Part shown: one piece after another, positions 1 through 9,523 of the stretch
How positions within the stretch are numbered: the first letter of the stretch is position 1
Layout: each line of letters opens with the position of its first letter
NCBI GenBank assembly: GCA_018266755.1
Contig: JAFDZW010000005.1
Location: 967,233 to 1,031,232, forward strand
Length of the DNA: 64,000 nucleotides
DNA from: Bacteroidota bacterium
Lineage (GTDB): Bacteria > Bacteroidota > Ignavibacteria > Palsa-1295
Direction: 5' to 3'
Notes under the pieces: generated by a model
What the model was told of the DNA's origin: nothing
Seen by the model: the letters and a program-made list of their open reading frames with translations, nothing else
Database searches by the model: none
Made by a program: the position numbers and the translations under genes

Positions 1-506
1 GAGAGAATTCCGCTTGCCGTGTTCTGCGAACCGCCGGCAACGATCCCCCACCAACCCGATGCGGTGTTGAGTTGTCCGCCGCCGATGACGCTTTGCGTCC
101 CGCTTGCGACCTCAGTCGTCGCGCTGCGCGTGACTTGCAGATCGATCGCTTCGCTGCCGCGCGGATCGCCGCCTGCGTCACGCTGAATACTGCTATTGGT
201 ATTGAGTCGCAGCCGAATGACATTATTCGTACGCACGTCGAGGGCTTGATTATCGAGCGTGCCGATAAAATTCGTACCAGCCGTTGTACTGAGATTGCCC
301 GTCGTCAGCCATGCCGACGATACGCCCGGCCCAGTTTGCACCAGCAGCGTGCCGCCGCCCGACGGTAGTACGAACGTTCCGCCCGGATTAGCACCGGTGA
401 TGAGTGAGTAGTGGCCTGCACCGTCATCGACCTGCGCCGAATGCCCTTGTGCAAATGCACCCTGTGCGAATGCCGCCATGGCAGCGAGAAGAACGAATGT
501 TTTCAT
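1..506 (-). CDS. N-terminal part of a secreted repeat protein (signal peptide MKTFVLLAAMAAFAQGAFA, then Gly/Thr-rich 'GTNFIGTLDNQALDV' tail-fibre/collar-like region). Partial, runs off the window start
   Basis: Translated by hand from the minus strand. ATG at 506..504, clear signal peptide, open to the window edge. Absent from the ORF track because there is no in-window stop. Confidence 0.45.
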   Translation of the reverse strand, partial: MKTFVLLAAMAAFAQGAFAQGHSAQVDDGAGHYSLITGANPGGTFVLPSGGGTLLVQTGPGVSSAWLTTGNLSTTAGTNFIGTLDNQALDVRTNNVIRLRLNTNSSIQRDAGGDPRGSEAIDLQVTRSATTEVASGTQSVIGGGQLNTASGWWGIVAGGSQNTASGIL

Positions 507-774
507 GTCTGTAGCTAGTAACGACTCATCGCCGACCCCGAGGCCGTCGATGAAACGATGAAGAATGATCGCAGAGATGGCTCACCTCATATTTCTTCCG
601 CGAACATATTACAAAATACAAAGATACGCATTGTCTCCCAATAATTTCTAAAACCAATCGATGGGTTGCCGGACCCGGCGGTTGGTAAACAAAACTGCGT
701 GTCGAAACTACCGTATATTTGCAGGGTCATTACTGTTAGACAATTTCTCGGACACGCAGATCGTTATTCACACC

Positions 775-1290
775 ATGCGCAGATTACATTCCATTTCATC
801 CGTTGTTGTACTCGCGTTGCTCGCCCTCACTCTTGCAGGCAGCAGCACTGCATTCGCGCAGCGAGCGAAGAACTCCATCGCCGTCGGCGCTGCGTTCGCT
901 GGCCTTCCGACGCTCGTGCAGGCGCAGTACGAAACTCGTATCGGTGACGACCAGAGCATCGTCGGCCGTTTTATTTACGGACTCAATACCAATGATTATT
1001 CCGGTTACGGGCTCGGCGCAGCGTACCGCTTTTATCTGACGGACGATCAGCCCGTCAAAGGGCTTAGCGTCGGGCCGGCGCTCGAAGTATTGTTCTATAG
1101 TAATTCGAAGTTAGTGCGCAGTTCACGCATCCTCATGATTGGCGCCGAAGGGGCGTACAAACTGATGCTCGGTCAGTTCTCGATCGAACCGGCGTTGTCG
1201 TTTCGTATCGGTGTGAGCGGCGGAGAAAGTCTTTCTAAATTTACGAGCACGCTGATCTATCCTGCCGTCTATCTCGGCTACGCGTGGTAG
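775..1290 (+). CDS. small outer-membrane beta-barrel protein (paralog 1 of 3)
   Basis: Signal peptide MRRLHSISSVVVLALLALTLAGSSTAFAQ inside ORF 661..1290. Alternating beta-strand pattern and C-terminal aromatic 'YLGYAW'. Confidence 0.55.
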   Translation: MRRLHSISSVVVLALLALTLAGSSTAFAQRAKNSIAVGAAFAGLPTLVQAQYETRIGDDQSIVGRFIYGLNTNDYSGYGLGAAYRFYLTDDQPVKGLSVGPALEVLFYSNSKLVRSSRILMIGAEGAYKLMLGQFSIEPALSFRIGVSGGESLSKFTSTLIYPAVYLGYAW

Positions 1291-1856
1291 GTCGCCGGTT
1301 CGTATTCCTTCATCGCACCCTTCGGCTGTCCGCAGCCGGAGGGTGTTCGCTTTTGATTCTGCTGGTCGCGCTCGGCGCGGCACACGCACAGACCGATAGC
1401 GCCAGAACGCCGATGCATCGCTACGCGCCGGCTGTCGGGCTCGACGTCGGCTACGGCTGGCGAAGCGGTACCGGCGAGCACGGACCGGATCTTGCCGTCA
1501 TGTACCGCGACGCGCTCGGTACGATTGACCTCGAAGCGATCTTGTATCAGCGGTGGTTCAATAACGATACCTATAGTCTCGGCCACTTCGGCTTCGGCTT
1601 CGGCTTTCTGGTATTCATGCCGGGAATGTTTGACCATGTGAGCGGCCGCGCCGGACTCGAACCGAAGATCGGCGTCGATTTCACCGTCTGGACGACAACG
1701 CTCGGAATCGGTATTCCGGTGGGAGCCGAATACTACCTTCCGCTTGTTGCATCTTGGGACGCATCCCTCGGTGCGTCGGTGGAACCACAGTTTAATTTGA
1801 ACACGGACAAGAACACCGTCGTGTTCGATCTGAGAATCGGAATTCGATATCATTAA
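1284..1856 (+). CDS. small outer-membrane beta-barrel-like protein (paralog 2)
   Basis: Signal-like N-terminus LLILLVALGAAHAQT, Gly/aromatic-rich beta pattern, ends in aromatic 'IRYH'. Overlaps the upstream gene by 7 nt. Confidence 0.45.
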   Translation: MVGRRFVFLHRTLRLSAAGGCSLLILLVALGAAHAQTDSARTPMHRYAPAVGLDVGYGWRSGTGEHGPDLAVMYRDALGTIDLEAILYQRWFNNDTYSLGHFGFGFGFLVFMPGMFDHVSGRAGLEPKIGVDFTVWTTTLGIGIPVGAEYYLPLVASWDASLGASVEPQFNLNTDKNTVVFDLRIGIRYH

Positions 1857-1859
1857 GAA

Positions 1860-2639
1860 ATGATGCAGCACCGCCTACGTCGTATCATCCTTCCTCTTGC
1901 ATGCGTTCTCGCATCGCTTACGATCGTGTTCGGCGACACCGCCTATGCCCAGGGGCCTGCAACGCCCACGGTGCACGATACAGCGAGCTCGATCCAGAAG
2001 CGCCGCCAGGATATGGCGCTCGTTCGCAAGCTCGGCGTGATGCCGTATGCGACACTCAGCTACAATCTGCAATCGGGCCAGGCATTCCCGAAAAGCGCCG
2101 CCGGCGTGGGGTATGGCCTCGGCATCGCCTTCGACTTCGCGCCCGACCGCCAGCCGCTTGGCCTCTATATCGACTTTGCGTATCAGGATATGCGTGCATC
2201 TTCAAACGATGGCGCATGCAAGCTCATCCATCCGCAGACCGATACCATTGCGGTTACGGTGCCGGTGACGCACTATTTCTCGTACGCATTAATGGAGGTG
2301 TTCGCCAAGCTGCAATCGCCCCGTACCAACGGGTATTTCCTGATCGGTCTGAGCGCCGGTATTTCGACGACCAGCCTGACCGACAAACAGGGGCCAGGGG
2401 TGGATGAGTATTCGGAGTGGGGGCCGACCACGGAATACCACAAGGTACGTCTCGATCTTCGGGCCGGTCTTGGCTTCCGGCTTGCGCAGATCAGCACGCA
2501 CGATCTCATTTTCGAAGCGCGTTTCGGCTACCCGCTGACAACGGTCCTCTCGGATTACCAGGATGTGTGCAACGGTTCCGAAGCACACGGGCCGTGGCGT
2601 ATCGTGACGCTGCAAGGCAACCTGGGTCTTCGCCTCTAA
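1860..2639 (+). CDS. outer-membrane beta-barrel-like protein (paralog 3)
   Basis: Signal peptide MMQHRLRRIILPLACVLASLTIVFGDTAYAQ. The repeated 'LGLxIDFAY / RAGLGFRL' pattern is typical of OMP barrels. Confidence 0.5.
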   Translation: MMQHRLRRIILPLACVLASLTIVFGDTAYAQGPATPTVHDTASSIQKRRQDMALVRKLGVMPYATLSYNLQSGQAFPKSAAGVGYGLGIAFDFAPDRQPLGLYIDFAYQDMRASSNDGACKLIHPQTDTIAVTVPVTHYFSYALMEVFAKLQSPRTNGYFLIGLSAGISTTSLTDKQGPGVDEYSEWGPTTEYHKVRLDLRAGLGFRLAQISTHDLIFEARFGYPLTTVLSDYQDVCNGSEAHGPWRIVTLQGNLGLRL

Positions 2640-3399
2640 GCTCGCTCGCGTTCCTCCTGCACATTCGTCGAATGCCGCTATGATCGGCATGCGTTCTCCT
2701 GCGATTCTGCTTGAATTTTGATATTTTTTTTCGATTTCCCGTCCCGTAATTTCGCAACGCGTTGTTGCACATTCGCAATGCTCACAGCATGCGGATGTTC
2801 CGCGGACGCGCTCGACGCGTGCGCAATGCAATCGTGCCACGGGAAAACAAGCAGTGGATCGGGGTGGCCGAAACCCGCTACGGTTCGTAGCGCTTGCATG
2901 GGTATCAATACGTTTACGCGCTCGGGTATTCCCCGTGCGATGTGAGAGTAATGATGGTTCTGTCGATTGCATCGCTCGATGCAATCGACACAGACACATC
3001 GGCCACCCTATCCGCTCAGCGCAGCACCGATCGTTTCGGTCGCCGGATCCACTCGCGCCGGCAGCGCTCAGCCTCCGAGCCTTCGTGCTTCGGAGGAGGT
3101 ATGTGTGCCGTTTTGCGCAAGGACATTATACCGATCATTAGACGGTAGTTCGTGTAGACACAACGGCGCAACAACGCAGCCCGCGCAGAGGCGGAGAGAA
3201 CCATCGTTTGGGGAGCCTGTTCGTCCTGTCTGCATCGCGCGGTCCTATGTATGGTTACATCATCGACGCGCGTGTGGCGCAGTGATCGTTGCGGTCGCAT
3301 CCGATCGGCAGCGTCACCTGTATACATCTCTATCACCCATGCGAGATCGCCCCGCACGACCACCAGCGGCTGGTAAGGGTTCCCCACATCGAAGTACTT

Positions 3400-4827
3400 A
3401 TGGCTGATCGCCCCATCAAGATCGCAAAACTAATTCCGGTTCTGCATTCGGACGAACTCCGAACCATCGGTGAACATCTCACCCCGGAAGAAGCGGAATT
3501 GGTCGAGGCCGTACGATCGAATCCCGCCGTGACACGGTCCCAACTCCTGAAGCGCTTCGGACAAACGAACCGACAGCTCAATCTGAGCGCCCACGCCGTC
3601 TGGCGGAAAGTGATGGCACATTGCGCCGGAGGAAGCGAGGAGGACGTTGCGGAGTTTATGGCCGAACGCGGACTCTTCGATCAGGTGATGCCGCAACTTC
3701 GGCGCATCGAACGCCAATTACTCGATCAGCGCGCATCCGCCGAGCGCATGACGTCGTTCTATCACCGCGCGTCGTCGATCGTCTTCAACAAACTGCCCGC
3801 CAATATCGTCGACAGTAACGTGCTGGTCGAATATGCTCGCAAGCACGACGCCCACACAAAACGCGGCGCTGCCACGACAGCCGACCAGGAAGTATTCCTC
3901 TATGCGATCGTTACGCAGGCGCTCTCGCCATATTCCGATATCTCCGGCACGCTGCACGACAAACGCAACCGCACGATTCGCGCGCTTGCATCGGCGTATC
4001 GTTTCTTTCGCAATTCGAACGACGCATGCTGTGAAGCACGCTTCTCGTTCACCTATGCATACAACCTCATCCTCGCCGACCGCCAACCACGACTCGTCTC
4101 GAGCCTGATCGAACGAATCCGAACGATCGGCGAAACTGCCCCCTGTCAGCGCGAACCGTTCGTGCGCGATTACCCGCATATTCTCGAAGCACTTCGCCAT
4201 GCATTCAAGGGTGAGCATGCGTCGGCATTAGACGTATGTCGTCGCGCGTATCCGAACGATCTGCATCTGGACTCGCAGCCTCCGGCGATCATACTTGCAA
4301 AATGCGCATCGTTGCTCGCACTCGAAGAAGACGATCGGTTTGCGTCGATTGCCGATGCGTTCGATGCGCAGATCGAAACGAACGGCCGCGATCTTGCGAC
4401 ACTCTTTCGCATGCGCCTATTGATGCTCGAACACCGCATCCTCAACGGCACACCGCAGGAAGTTGACCAGGCGCACGCACAACTTACCGTTGCACATGCC
4501 CGACTACCCCGGCCGGATTTCACACAGGAGTGGCTCTACCGGTCCATCCTCCCGTTCGCACTCTTTCCGGGTAAAGACGAGTTTGGTGCGGCGACAGCAG
4601 AGACGGAAGTTGTCCTGCGATGGCTCGCACGCCGCGGCATGCGCAGCGATCATCCGCAGACGCTGGCACTGCAAGGGCTCCAAAGCCTCATTACACATGC
4701 ACATCAACGCGACGTCCTCGCGCGCAAGGTACAGCTTTATCGTGCAAAATTGCAGACGCTCTACGGCACACAACAAGCGATCCTTGGGCGTCTGCTCGGC
4801 CGCGCGCACGAGGCGTTAGTACGCTGA
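3400..4827 (+). CDS. hypothetical all-alpha protein (ORF 3289..4827; likely start MADRPIKIAK at 3400)
   Basis: Long ORF on the coding strand with no recognisable motif. The start is inferred from the internal Met after a ~700-bp non-coding gap. Confidence 0.4.
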   Translation: MADRPIKIAKLIPVLHSDELRTIGEHLTPEEAELVEAVRSNPAVTRSQLLKRFGQTNRQLNLSAHAVWRKVMAHCAGGSEEDVAEFMAERGLFDQVMPQLRRIERQLLDQRASAERMTSFYHRASSIVFNKLPANIVDSNVLVEYARKHDAHTKRGAATTADQEVFLYAIVTQALSPYSDISGTLHDKRNRTIRALASAYRFFRNSNDACCEARFSFTYAYNLILADRQPRLVSSLIERIRTIGETAPCQREPFVRDYPHILEALRHAFKGEHASALDVCRRAYPNDLHLDSQPPAIILAKCASLLALEEDDRFASIADAFDAQIETNGRDLATLFRMRLLMLEHRILNGTPQEVDQAHAQLTVAHARLPRPDFTQEWLYRSILPFALFPGKDEFGAATAETEVVLRWLARRGMRSDHPQTLALQGLQSLITHAHQRDVLARKVQLYRAKLQTLYGTQQAILGRLLGRAHEALVR

Positions 4828-5012
4828 GTCGTATTCTCCGAAGAAATTTCCACGCACTACGTGAGGTTTTTGTGAGGCGGTTTTCGTGCATAGCCACATA
4901 TATTCGTCCGTACTCATTCCATCGACACAGGCGCCCGCTACGAATGGTCACGATCGTATACGCCCGTCGGCCGACGGTGGTATTTCATTGCAACTACACA
5001 TCACCTACTACT

Positions 5013-5309
5013 ATGGCAACGTCAACGATCAAGACACGAGAAGAACTGGCGAAGATTGCCGCCATCTCCGCTGCGAACACGCTCAAACAACACGGCTTCG
5101 ACACCAAGCATATTGTCGCCGGCGAAGGCACGATATCGAGCGTACCGGACAAGCACTGGATCGGGATTTGGATCGACGAGAATCCGCATATTCCTGTCGG
5201 CGGACCGCATGGACCGATCTGGATCGGCATCATCGCCGACACGAAGTTCGGCACGCACGCCGTCAACGAAGTGAAAACCGGATTAAAAGAGGCAGGATTC
5301 TCGCGGTGA
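5013..5309 (+). CDS. hypothetical 98-aa protein (MATSTIKTREELAKIAAIS...)
   Basis: Internal Met of ORF 4620..5309. The upstream part of that ORF is Arg-rich junk. The stop overlaps the next start (GTGA). Confidence 0.35.
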   Translation: MATSTIKTREELAKIAAISAANTLKQHGFDTKHIVAGEGTISSVPDKHWIGIWIDENPHIPVGGPHGPIWIGIIADTKFGTHAVNEVKTGLKEAGFSR

Positions 5310-5779
5310 ACCCAACCGAACCTCACGCACTGCCTGAGGCGGAGGGAATGCTCTGCCCAAGTGTATGGCCCGATATGCCGGGTGCGCAGGTCTTTGGCGT
5401 CATCGATCGTTCGGGAGAGAAACCGGTACTGACTCCGTTACAGAAGCCCGTACCGGTGACGCCGGAGATTCTCGAACTTGCCGCACCGGCTGATCCTGCG
5501 CTCGTCTTTCGGTTCACCGGGACCTGTGCCGAATCGAAGTGTCAGCACTTCGACGGACACGATTGCACGCTTGCAACACGAGTCGTCCAGTTATTACCGC
5601 CGGTCACCGACGATCTTCCCATCTGCAGCATCAGACCCGATTGCAGATGGTGGGCGCAGGAAGGTCGCGCAGCGTGTATGCGTTGTCCCGAACTCGTCTC
5701 GCACGTGTACGAACCAACGATCACGATCGCTGCGGTCGCCGATCCGCCGACGCATGCATCGGCGATCGTCTCCGGCTGA
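5306..5779 (+). CDS. hypothetical Cys-rich protein (CxxxxC...CxxxxxC...C, possible metal-binding)
   Basis: GTG at 5306 overlaps the TGA of the upstream gene (alternative ATG at 5345). C-terminal half of ORF 4886..5779, with several spaced Cys pairs. Confidence 0.35.
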   Translation: MNPTEPHALPEAEGMLCPSVWPDMPGAQVFGVIDRSGEKPVLTPLQKPVPVTPEILELAAPADPALVFRFTGTCAESKCQHFDGHDCTLATRVVQLLPPVTDDLPICSIRPDCRWWAQEGRAACMRCPELVSHVYEPTITIAAVADPPTHASAIVSG

Positions 5780-5783
5780 AGCG

Positions 5784-7268
5784 CTAATTATCGATCTGCG
5801 CGCGCTGCAGATGGCCGGAGTAGTCAATGTAGACCGACTTCCATTCGGTGTAGAAATCGAAGACAGCCCAGCCGCCTTCGCGGTGGCCGTTGCCTGTTGC
5901 TTTCGTCCCGCCGAACGGCATGTGCGCTTCGGCGCCGATGGTGGGAGCGTTAATGTATGTAATGCCCGCTTCGATGTCGCGCACGGCAAGCATGGCTGCA
6001 TTGATATCGCGCGTGTAGATACTCGACGAAAGACCATAGATCACGTTATTCGTGATCTCGATCGCCTCTTCGAGTGAGTGACACTTCAACACGGACAGCA
6101 CCGGCCCGAAGATCTCCTCTTTTGCAATGGTCATTGTCGGCGTCACGCCGGTAAAGATCGTCGGCTCGAAGAACCAGCCCTTCTCTAATCCGGGTCCGGT
6201 CGCAGCCTTGCCGCCGAGCAGGCAATTGGCGCCTTCGTCGTTGCCGATGCGAACGTAGCGCTCGACGTTGCGCAGTTGTTTTTCGTTTACGATCGGACCG
6301 ACTTCCGTCCCGGCAACAAGCCCGTCGCCAAGTTTCAGCGTCGAAACGCGCGCTCGCAACATCTCGACAAACTTGTCATGAATATCTGCATGTAAGATCA
6401 GCCGCGACGTTGCGGTGCAACGCTGCCCCGTCGTGCCGAAGGCGCCCCAGAGCACACCCGTCAACGCAAGTTCGAGATCGGCGTCGGGCATCACGATCTG
6501 CGCATTCTTGCCGCCCATTTCGAGGCAGACATGCTTTGCGCGTGCGCCGCATTTCTCGGCAACCGTCTTCCCGGTCGTTGTCGAGCCGGTGAAGCTGATC
6601 GTCGTGATCCGCGGATGATCGACGATTGCCGCGCCGACAACACTGCCGATGCCGTGGACGATATTGACTACTCCGGCAGGCAATCCGGCTTCGAGTAAGA
6701 TCTCGAGCAGCACATTTGCCGTGCGCGGCGTATCTTCTGCGGGCTTGAAGACGAACGTGTTACCCGCAACCAACCCCGGAAACAGATTCCAGGTCGGGAT
6801 CGCCATCGGAAAATTCCAGGGCGTGATGAGTCCGCAGACGCCGACCGGCACGCGGAACGAGAGATTCATCTTGTTCGGCAACTCGCTCGGCGTGTTATAG
6901 CCGAACAACCGCCGGCCTTCGGTGGCGCAGTAGAATGCGGTATCGATTCCCTCCTGCACATCGCCTTTTGTTTCGGCAAGTGGCTTGCCCATTTCGCGAG
7001 TCATGATAGCGGCGATCTCGTCCTTACGCTCAATCATGAGTTCGCCTGCTTTGCGGATGATCTCGCCTCGTGCCGGTGCCGGAACCAGCCGCCATGTCTT
7101 GTATGCCTCCGCCGCAGCACGGGCGGCTTCGTCCACGTCGTGCGGCGTCGAGAGTGGAAATGTCCCGATCACATCGTCCCAATTGGCAGGGTTGCGGTTC
7201 TCGAAGATTTTGCCGCCGGTGGCATCGACCCATTTGCCGGCAATATTATTCTGAAATTTTTGCGACAT
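5784..7268 (-). CDS. NAD(P)+-dependent aldehyde dehydrogenase
   Basis: 494 aa. ALDH family motifs 'FTGSTTTGK', 'LEMGGKNA' (catalytic Glu) and 'GQRCTA' (catalytic Cys). Confidence 0.9.
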   Translation of the reverse strand: MSQKFQNNIAGKWVDATGGKIFENRNPANWDDVIGTFPLSTPHDVDEAARAAAEAYKTWRLVPAPARGEIIRKAGELMIERKDEIAAIMTREMGKPLAETKGDVQEGIDTAFYCATEGRRLFGYNTPSELPNKMNLSFRVPVGVCGLITPWNFPMAIPTWNLFPGLVAGNTFVFKPAEDTPRTANVLLEILLEAGLPAGVVNIVHGIGSVVGAAIVDHPRITTISFTGSTTTGKTVAEKCGARAKHVCLEMGGKNAQIVMPDADLELALTGVLWGAFGTTGQRCTATSRLILHADIHDKFVEMLRARVSTLKLGDGLVAGTEVGPIVNEKQLRNVERYVRIGNDEGANCLLGGKAATGPGLEKGWFFEPTIFTGVTPTMTIAKEEIFGPVLSVLKCHSLEEAIEITNNVIYGLSSSIYTRDINAAMLAVRDIEAGITYINAPTIGAEAHMPFGGTKATGNGHREGGWAVFDFYTEWKSVYIDYSGHLQRAQIDN

Positions 7269-7474
7269 AAAACGAATTATGGGATTGTTGTATCATCAAA
7301 CGAATTCCGCACCGAAAACGGTCGCGGAAGAGTTGTTTTCTCGTTGTCATTCCGAACGGAGTGCAGCGATGTGAGGAATCTGGTGCCGCACCGATCGACC
7401 GCCGAACGTGTGTCGTCACAGATTTTTTCCTTCGGTCGCAATGACGATGGAAGAATACGGTTAGGAACACGATC

Positions 7475-7990
7475 ATGAAAGCCACACAAATTCTCTCGCT
7501 TCTTGCGCTCGCAGCAGCGCTAAACATTCTCTCGACGAACTCCTTTGCGCAAGGCGGCATGGGCAAGATGCCCCGCGAAGATGTCGTCATGATCTCGCAG
7601 GTCGTACGCGATTCGCTTTCGGACGAGATGTACGCCCGCATCAACGACCTCAAGCGCTATGCACTTGCGAACAACGCCGACAGCGCCGCGCCGCTGATCG
7701 CCTTCAACACCGGTGCCGGGAAAGTCTGGGCCTGGACTAAAGCCTGCGACCTCAAGAATCCGGACGAAGCGAAGCGCGTCGCCGACGTGCTGGCGAAGTT
7801 CAAGAAGTTCTATACCGATTTCCCGGACGAGATGCATCAGCAGTACTTCGCGATGTTCAAATCGAAAGATACACCGTCGGGCCAGATGCTGCATTACCAA
7901 ATCGATCTGACCAAAGGCGGCAAGAAGCGGATGGTCAGTTTCCATTTCTTCCCGATCGGCGACAAACTGCTCTTTGGAGATGCATACTAA
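7475..7990 (+). CDS. secreted hypothetical protein
   Basis: Signal peptide MKATQILSLLALAAALNILSTNSFAQ, 171 aa. Confidence 0.5.
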   Translation: MKATQILSLLALAAALNILSTNSFAQGGMGKMPREDVVMISQVVRDSLSDEMYARINDLKRYALANNADSAAPLIAFNTGAGKVWAWTKACDLKNPDEAKRVADVLAKFKKFYTDFPDEMHQQYFAMFKSKDTPSGQMLHYQIDLTKGGKKRMVSFHFFPIGDKLLFGDAY

Positions 7991-8062
7991 GGGAACGGAC
8001 GAATGATGCAGAATGAAGGATGAAATTCATTTCGACATTCACCATTCACGCTTCACACATCA

Positions 8063-9067
8063 TTGATGATCATTACGTTCGTCGGTCCCGCACAATCGAG
8101 GTTCGTCCAGAACGATATTGAGATCTTGAGTCGCCGGCATACGCTGCGGCTCGTCGATGCCAATGTCGGGCGTGGAAGCTCGGCAGCGATGAACCTGCTG
8201 AAAATGGAGTGGGAGATCATCCGAAAGATCTTCGGCTCGCAGGCCCTCTTCTTCTGGTTCGCTGACTATTATTCGCTCATCCCGACGATCGTCGCCCGGC
8301 TGCTCGGCAAGAAGGTGTATGTCGTTGCCGGCGGATTCGATGTGACGTATATCCCGGAGGTCAAGAGCGGCGCGCGCGTGCGGCCGCTGCGGTGGTTTCT
8401 CGTGCGCAACACGCATCGCTTCGCGACGAGAGTATTCCCCGTGAGCAACTACGCACAGCATCTGCTCGATACGAACTCGGTGCATCACGGGCCGAGCGAG
8501 GTGATCTATAACGCTGTCGACACGAAACGTTTTCCCTTTTCCGACCGCGAGCGTCAGCCGATTGCGATCACCGTCACCCAACTCGATATCGTTCTCGACT
8601 ATCTGCTCAAAGGCATCGACGTGTTCATCAAGACCGCCGCAGCAATGCCCGATGTGCGGTTCGAACTTGTCGGCATTCGTGGCGAAGCACTCATACATGC
8701 ACGCAACGAGGCGGCGGGGCTATCGAACATCACCATCACCGAAGGGCCCGTGAAGTATGAGACATTGCTCGAATACTATCACACCGCATCGACGTACTGT
8801 CAGCTTTCGATGGACGAGACCTTCGGTGTCGCGACTGCCGAAGCGATGAGTTGCGGCTGCATCCCGGTCGTGAGCGAAGTGCCGAGCCTGCGCGAAGTCA
8901 CCGGCGAAACAGGCTACGTGGTAGACCGTACGGACATCCAAGCCGTCGCAGCCGCGATCCGCAGGAGCTTCGAGGCGACCAGCGACGATCGCCGCCGCGC
9001 GAGCGAATACGTGAAGCAATTCGACATCGACCGGCGAGCGGAAGCGTTGCTCGAGGCAATGGGCTAA
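8063..9067 (+). CDS. glycosyltransferase family 4 (GT1-type fold, 'glycosyl transferase group 1')
   Basis: C-terminal 'ETFGVATAEAMSCGCIPVVSEV...' EX7E-type motif typical of GT4 enzymes. Confidence 0.75.
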   Translation: MMIITFVGPAQSRFVQNDIEILSRRHTLRLVDANVGRGSSAAMNLLKMEWEIIRKIFGSQALFFWFADYYSLIPTIVARLLGKKVYVVAGGFDVTYIPEVKSGARVRPLRWFLVRNTHRFATRVFPVSNYAQHLLDTNSVHHGPSEVIYNAVDTKRFPFSDRERQPIAITVTQLDIVLDYLLKGIDVFIKTAAAMPDVRFELVGIRGEALIHARNEAAGLSNITITEGPVKYETLLEYYHTASTYCQLSMDETFGVATAEAMSCGCIPVVSEVPSLREVTGETGYVVDRTDIQAVAAAIRRSFEATSDDRRRASEYVKQFDIDRRAEALLEAMG

Positions 9068-9103
9068 TAGGAACCATTCACTTCCACGCGAGGTACAATT
9101 GAT

Positions 9104-9307
9104 ATGACCATCAAAGTAGTCTTGGAAAAGGGTGAGGACGGTTTTATCGTGGCTCATTGTCCGTCGCTAAAAGGATGCTGGTCTCAAGGTCGCACGAGAG
9201 ACGAAGCGATCGCTAACATCCGAGAGGCGATAGAACTCTACCTCGAAGTCGAACCGGTCGATCTTGTTGTCGACGAGGACCACGAGGTTGTCGAGCTTTC
9301 GTTATGA
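9104..9307 (+). CDS. hicB: HicB-family antitoxin (UPF0150)
   Basis: 67 aa, 'VVLEKGEDGFIVAHCPSLKGCWSQGRTRDEAIANIREAIELYLE' matches the HicB N-terminal fold. ATGA overlap with the downstream hicA. Confidence 0.7.
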   Translation: MTIKVVLEKGEDGFIVAHCPSLKGCWSQGRTRDEAIANIREAIELYLEVEPVDLVVDEDHEVVELSL

Positions 9308-9519
9308 AGCTTCCGCTATTGCACGCCCGCGAGGTGATCGCGGCTCTTACACGCTTAGGTTTTCAAGAATCGCATCGACGCGGCTCGCATGTGAAACTCG
9401 TGCATCAGGACGGCCGTGTAATCATCATTCCGTACCACAATCCTGTCGACCGTTTTACGCTCAAAGGCGCACTGCGGGATGCAGAGATCTCGACTGAAGA
9501 ATTTCTCAACGCACTCTGA
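9304..9519 (+). CDS. hicA: HicA-family mRNA interferase toxin
   Basis: 71 aa, 'REVIAALTRLGFQESHRRGSHVKLVHQDGRVIIIPYH' is the HicA/YcfA dsRBD-like motif with the conserved RGSH. Confidence 0.75.
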   Translation: MKLPLLHAREVIAALTRLGFQESHRRGSHVKLVHQDGRVIIIPYHNPVDRFTLKGALRDAEISTEEFLNAL

Positions 9520-9523
9520 ACTC

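Noticed and set aside
72-368. 98-aa plus-strand ORF at the window start
   Set aside because: It lies antisense inside the better-supported minus-strand partial gene (signal peptide, open to the window edge). It is Arg/Ala-rich with no features
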